This document shows, one piece after another, positions 61,301 to 64,000 of a stretch of DNA of 64,000 nucleotides. A model generated the notes under the pieces. It searched no databases. It saw nothing but the letters and a program-made list of their open reading frames with translations, and was not told the origin of the DNA. This DNA is from Macrostomum hystrix. Lineage: Eukaryota; Animalia; Platyhelminthes. Where the stretch lies: NCBI GenBank assembly GCA_950097015.1, contig CATNEN010000030.1, forward strand, positions 2,480,001 to 2,544,000, written 5' to 3'. A program made the translations under genes and the position numbers. The first letter of the stretch is position 1. Every line of letters begins with the position of its first letter.

Positions 61301-63839
61301 TAATTCTGCTCATTCTGCTCATTTCGCTGACTCCTGAGCACACGCGCACACAGATATCGAACGCAGGCACACTCACACAGGTGTGTACATCTGCATCTGC
61401 TGACTTTCTCATCGTCAGGCAGTGTACACTCTCTTGACTTAGCTGCAGGGGGCATCTTCCGGATGCAGCGGGGAGGCGTTGCCGCCCATTCCGCTAGCCC
61501 CTGGCGACCACGGGCAACTAAAGCTGCGGCGTCTATAGTTGGACTCCATAGTCGCTGGAAAGAGAGAAAAGAAAAATAAAAATAAAAGCCGCTAATGGCC
61601 GGATAAACTCCCTGGACCTTTCAGCCCCTCAGCGGTGAGACCTTAGGCATAAGAGGACACCTAGAGCAGTGCCAGGCCCGCAGACTGGCCGCATACCCTG
61701 TTGAGGTCGAAGGGTGACACCTGTCCCTCAGAGCCGTAGCCAGAGGTACCCAGTTTGGCCAGAGGCCCTGGATGGGTCATCCAGCGCTGTTGCCCATTCT
61801 GTCCGGCTGCCCTAGGGTCAGCCTTGAACACTCGCGGGACGTGTACCCATGGGTCAGCTGACGGGACAGCGTGGAGGGATTCCTGCACCCGAAGGCACAG
61901 GGCTCCTTCCTGCCGGCCTGCTCAAAAAGCGACTGCAGGTGTGAGGCATCGCAGACCTTAGCCCGTGGGCCTGGACTGACTCATACCTCACAGGCGCTGT
62001 GTCCCGCCGGTGCGAGCGTGTACACTCTCACTGTGCCTTGGATGGTTGACTCCGCAAAGGCGTAGATTGCAAGACAAGCCTGCAAGCCTTCTCTCCGCGG
62101 CTGCGCCTCAGATTAGAGCTCAGGGACATTGGCGCGAATGTCAGACGTTGAAGTCGAAAGGAAGTAAAACTCCCTGGTTTGCCCCACCCCATTGGAAGCA
62201 CATTTTTTAACAAGGATCGATCTCTAATCCATATAGGGGCTGGTGAGCGGTCTAAAGCGTTTGCCTCTCGCACCACCAAGATCCCTGAGCTCTATTCCGC
62301 GGTAAGGTCGCATTACTTTGGTGCCGCATTCGCGTAGAGATGGCTTGTCGTACAATTTACACCCTTGAGGGTGGAGTATAAGAAAGTCAGGCCAGATTGT
62401 GCGCACCTGTGAGAATCTATGCCTGCGTAAAGTATCAGTGTGCATTTGTGCTCAAGAGTCAGTGGAATGGGCAGAATTGCCAGTACCCACAGCCCTCTTA
62501 AAAAGATAATTCTTATTTACATGCTTTCTTTGTTACTGGCCTCATTTAATGTCCCTTTAAAATGCCAGCATCCCAGCAACAGTAGCTATCAACAATGATA
62601 ATCTCGCTGCTGCTATAACAGGCTATGCCAGCTGCGTTAGTAGGCGCGCCACAGTTGCCACAGTTGACGATGTTGTGAGCAGCTTCGGCCTGACGGCCAG
62701 GCCGCCCGCAGCGTTGCCTAGGCAACGCTCGGACTCTACAGGTATCTTTTTTGTAGTCACTTGTTACGAAATAAATGTTAGATTTTTTTCAGAATCTTTC
62801 TCTTTAGCGTGAAAGCAGCGTATACTATGCAATTTTAGTCTGCTAATCTTATCTGTGTTTCCTCATACGCGTATTTCCGGATTAGTTTGTGTCTTGTGTC
62901 TGCCTCTCTCTCTATATACTGTATCAGTGTTGAACTTGACTATCTTTTTGGCAGAAAAATAGTTTATATTGAGTTAAGTGCAAATAGATGTATGAAAATA
63001 TGACAGCTAATATTCCAAGGACCACTAGATCTAGAACCAAGGAATAAAAAATCCCACTCGCAAACACAACTTTTGTTGCTAACCCAGTATAACCCGTGAC
63101 AATAATTAATGATTTATACGCAAAAGATCTACTAGCCAGATATTAAGACATTTTCTGATTCTACGAGTATCTACTGTCAGAGGCTATAGTTATGTTTTAT
63201 TTGGTTGTTTAATTTTCTAAGAATGTACATAACGCACCCTTACACGCTTAGATCTAAAATACAGTAGGATTATATAGGAATTTCGCACATTGTCAGCACT
63301 ATTTTCTTTCTAGGAATTTGGTTTTGTGCTTGTTTTTGTACCATAAACAAACATTAGTTAATAATCAGTTATTAATCAGTCTTTCGTGTCTTCTGTGCAT
63401 TTTATTGTCTTTTATAGACAAATAAAGTGTAGGTGTCTTATCTTGATGTAATTTTCTTTATTGTATTAATTCTTATCATTATAACTCACCGAATCATCAC
63501 ATTTTCTATATTGTAAAGTTTGGCAATTGATGTATGCGAATTTAGTGTGGCGCCCATCGGTCCATGGACTGAACAGCCGTACGCAGCCTTCAGATGCGCC
63601 GCGCAATAGCTGCGGCTGTGCTGTCGGCTGCACATCTGGCCCGATAGTGGCAGGTGTAATCAGTTATTAATAATAATAATTATTATTACTATCCAAATCA
63701 GTGTTATATGCAAGATTTTGTTTCATATTGAATTGCACCTAAATACTCGTTATTTTTCCGTTAAAAATTCAACACAGGCGCCGGATCAGTAGACGAAGAC
63801 GCTTTCCTGATAGCATTTGAGCAGGTGCCCAAGTTAAAT
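58326..63839 (+). CDS. CLASP: CLASP (CLIP-associating protein) 5' part with a novel low-complexity N-terminus; continues beyond the window
   Basis: Exons 58326-58869, 59080-59202, 62577-62741 and 63778-63839 are phase-compatible GT-AG. The last exon, GAGSVDEDAFLIAFEQVPKLN, matches the CLASP pre-TOG2 motif GAGAVDEEDFIKAFDDVP. Linkage of the first three exons to it is inferred. Confidence 0.65.
59250..60343. repeat. 32-bp minisatellite (CTTCCCAGATCCTCATTTCAAACAGGCACCAT), ~34 units
   Basis: Tandem units; a 157-bp higher-order period recurs at 59301, 59458 and 59615. Confidence 0.97.
61320..62135 (-). mobile_element. SINE-A copy interrupted by a 584-bp insertion
   Basis: 61320-61433 and 62030-62135 join seamlessly into the SINE-A consensus once the insert and one TSD copy are removed. 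Confidence 0.8.
61434..62017 (-). mobile_element. Unclassified 584-bp GC-rich non-coding insertion with 12-bp TSD (retroposed structured RNA?)
   Basis: GTGTACACTCTC is duplicated at 61422-61433 and 62018-62029. There is no credible ORF, and the minus strand forms hairpins with UUCG, GAAA and GCAA loops. Confidence 0.75.
62235..62486 (+). mobile_element. SINE-A copy, 3'-truncated
   Basis: Head TTGCCTCTCGCACC...CCCTGAGCTCTATTCC through GAGTCAGTGGAATGGGCAGAATTGCC. Confidence 0.75.
62712..62725. promoter_or_regulatory. RFX X-box-like palindrome GTTGCCTAGGCAAC
   Basis: Matches GTNRCC-N0-3-RGYAAC and lies within a perfect 20-bp palindrome at 62710-62729; function is unproven. Confidence 0.35.
63553..63690 (+). 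mobile_element. SINE-B 3' half with (TAA/ATT)n tail
   Basis: GTCCATGGACTGAACAGCCGTACGCAGCCTTCAGATGCGCCGCGC...GCTGCACATCTGGCCC is near-identical to the copy at 51105. Confidence 0.8.
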
Positions 63840-64000
63840 GTGAGTTCTTTTTTTGCTTTGAATTTAACAATACGCTGCCTATTGCTCTAAAATCTCAAAA
63901 TTAAGTGTGTTAAAAGGCACATTCTTGACATGGAATGTGCCTTATTAAAATATGATGTCTTTCAATACACATTTCTTAAATGTGATGTGTTCCAATAGGC

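Noticed and set aside
61446-61510. CPEB3-like HDV ribozyme on the plus strand (GGGGGC...GCCCCT-GG)
   Set aside because: P1 and GG fit, but there is no P3/L3 (YCC.CG loop) or J4/2; it is the reverse complement of the three-way junction.

Overview
Eukaryotic (metazoan) genomic DNA with GC-rich exons, short AT-rich GT-AG introns, poly-Q tracts and about 10 kb (~16%) of unrelated 15-48 bp minisatellite arrays. This style is reminiscent of a Macrostomum-like flatworm (inference only). I reconstructed these spliced genes by hand: coronin (partial, -), CDC50/TMEM30 (+), glutaredoxin-DEP-DUF547 protein (+), CNBD2-like protein with 12 exons (-), ELOVL elongase (-), an intronless CD20/MS4A-like 4TM protein (-), SLC25A38-like carrier (+), GNB5 (-) and the 5' part of a CLASP that appears to lack TOG1 (+). 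There is also an orphan acidic terminal exon. Mobile DNA comprises two tRNA-derived SINE families (one with a MIR/CORE-like central domain, one highly structured), a 5'-truncated Ingi/Vingi-like LINE with a (CA)35 tail, a MITE, and a Crypton-like ORF cut by a SINE. The most novel candidate is a 584-bp non-coding insert with a 12-bp TSD and UUCG/GNRA tetraloops, nested in a SINE. It shares a covarying 3' stem-loop with that SINE, and in the SINE this motif contains a 14-nt match to the HDV ribozyme P3/L3. No CRISPR arrays, rRNA or intact tRNA genes were found.
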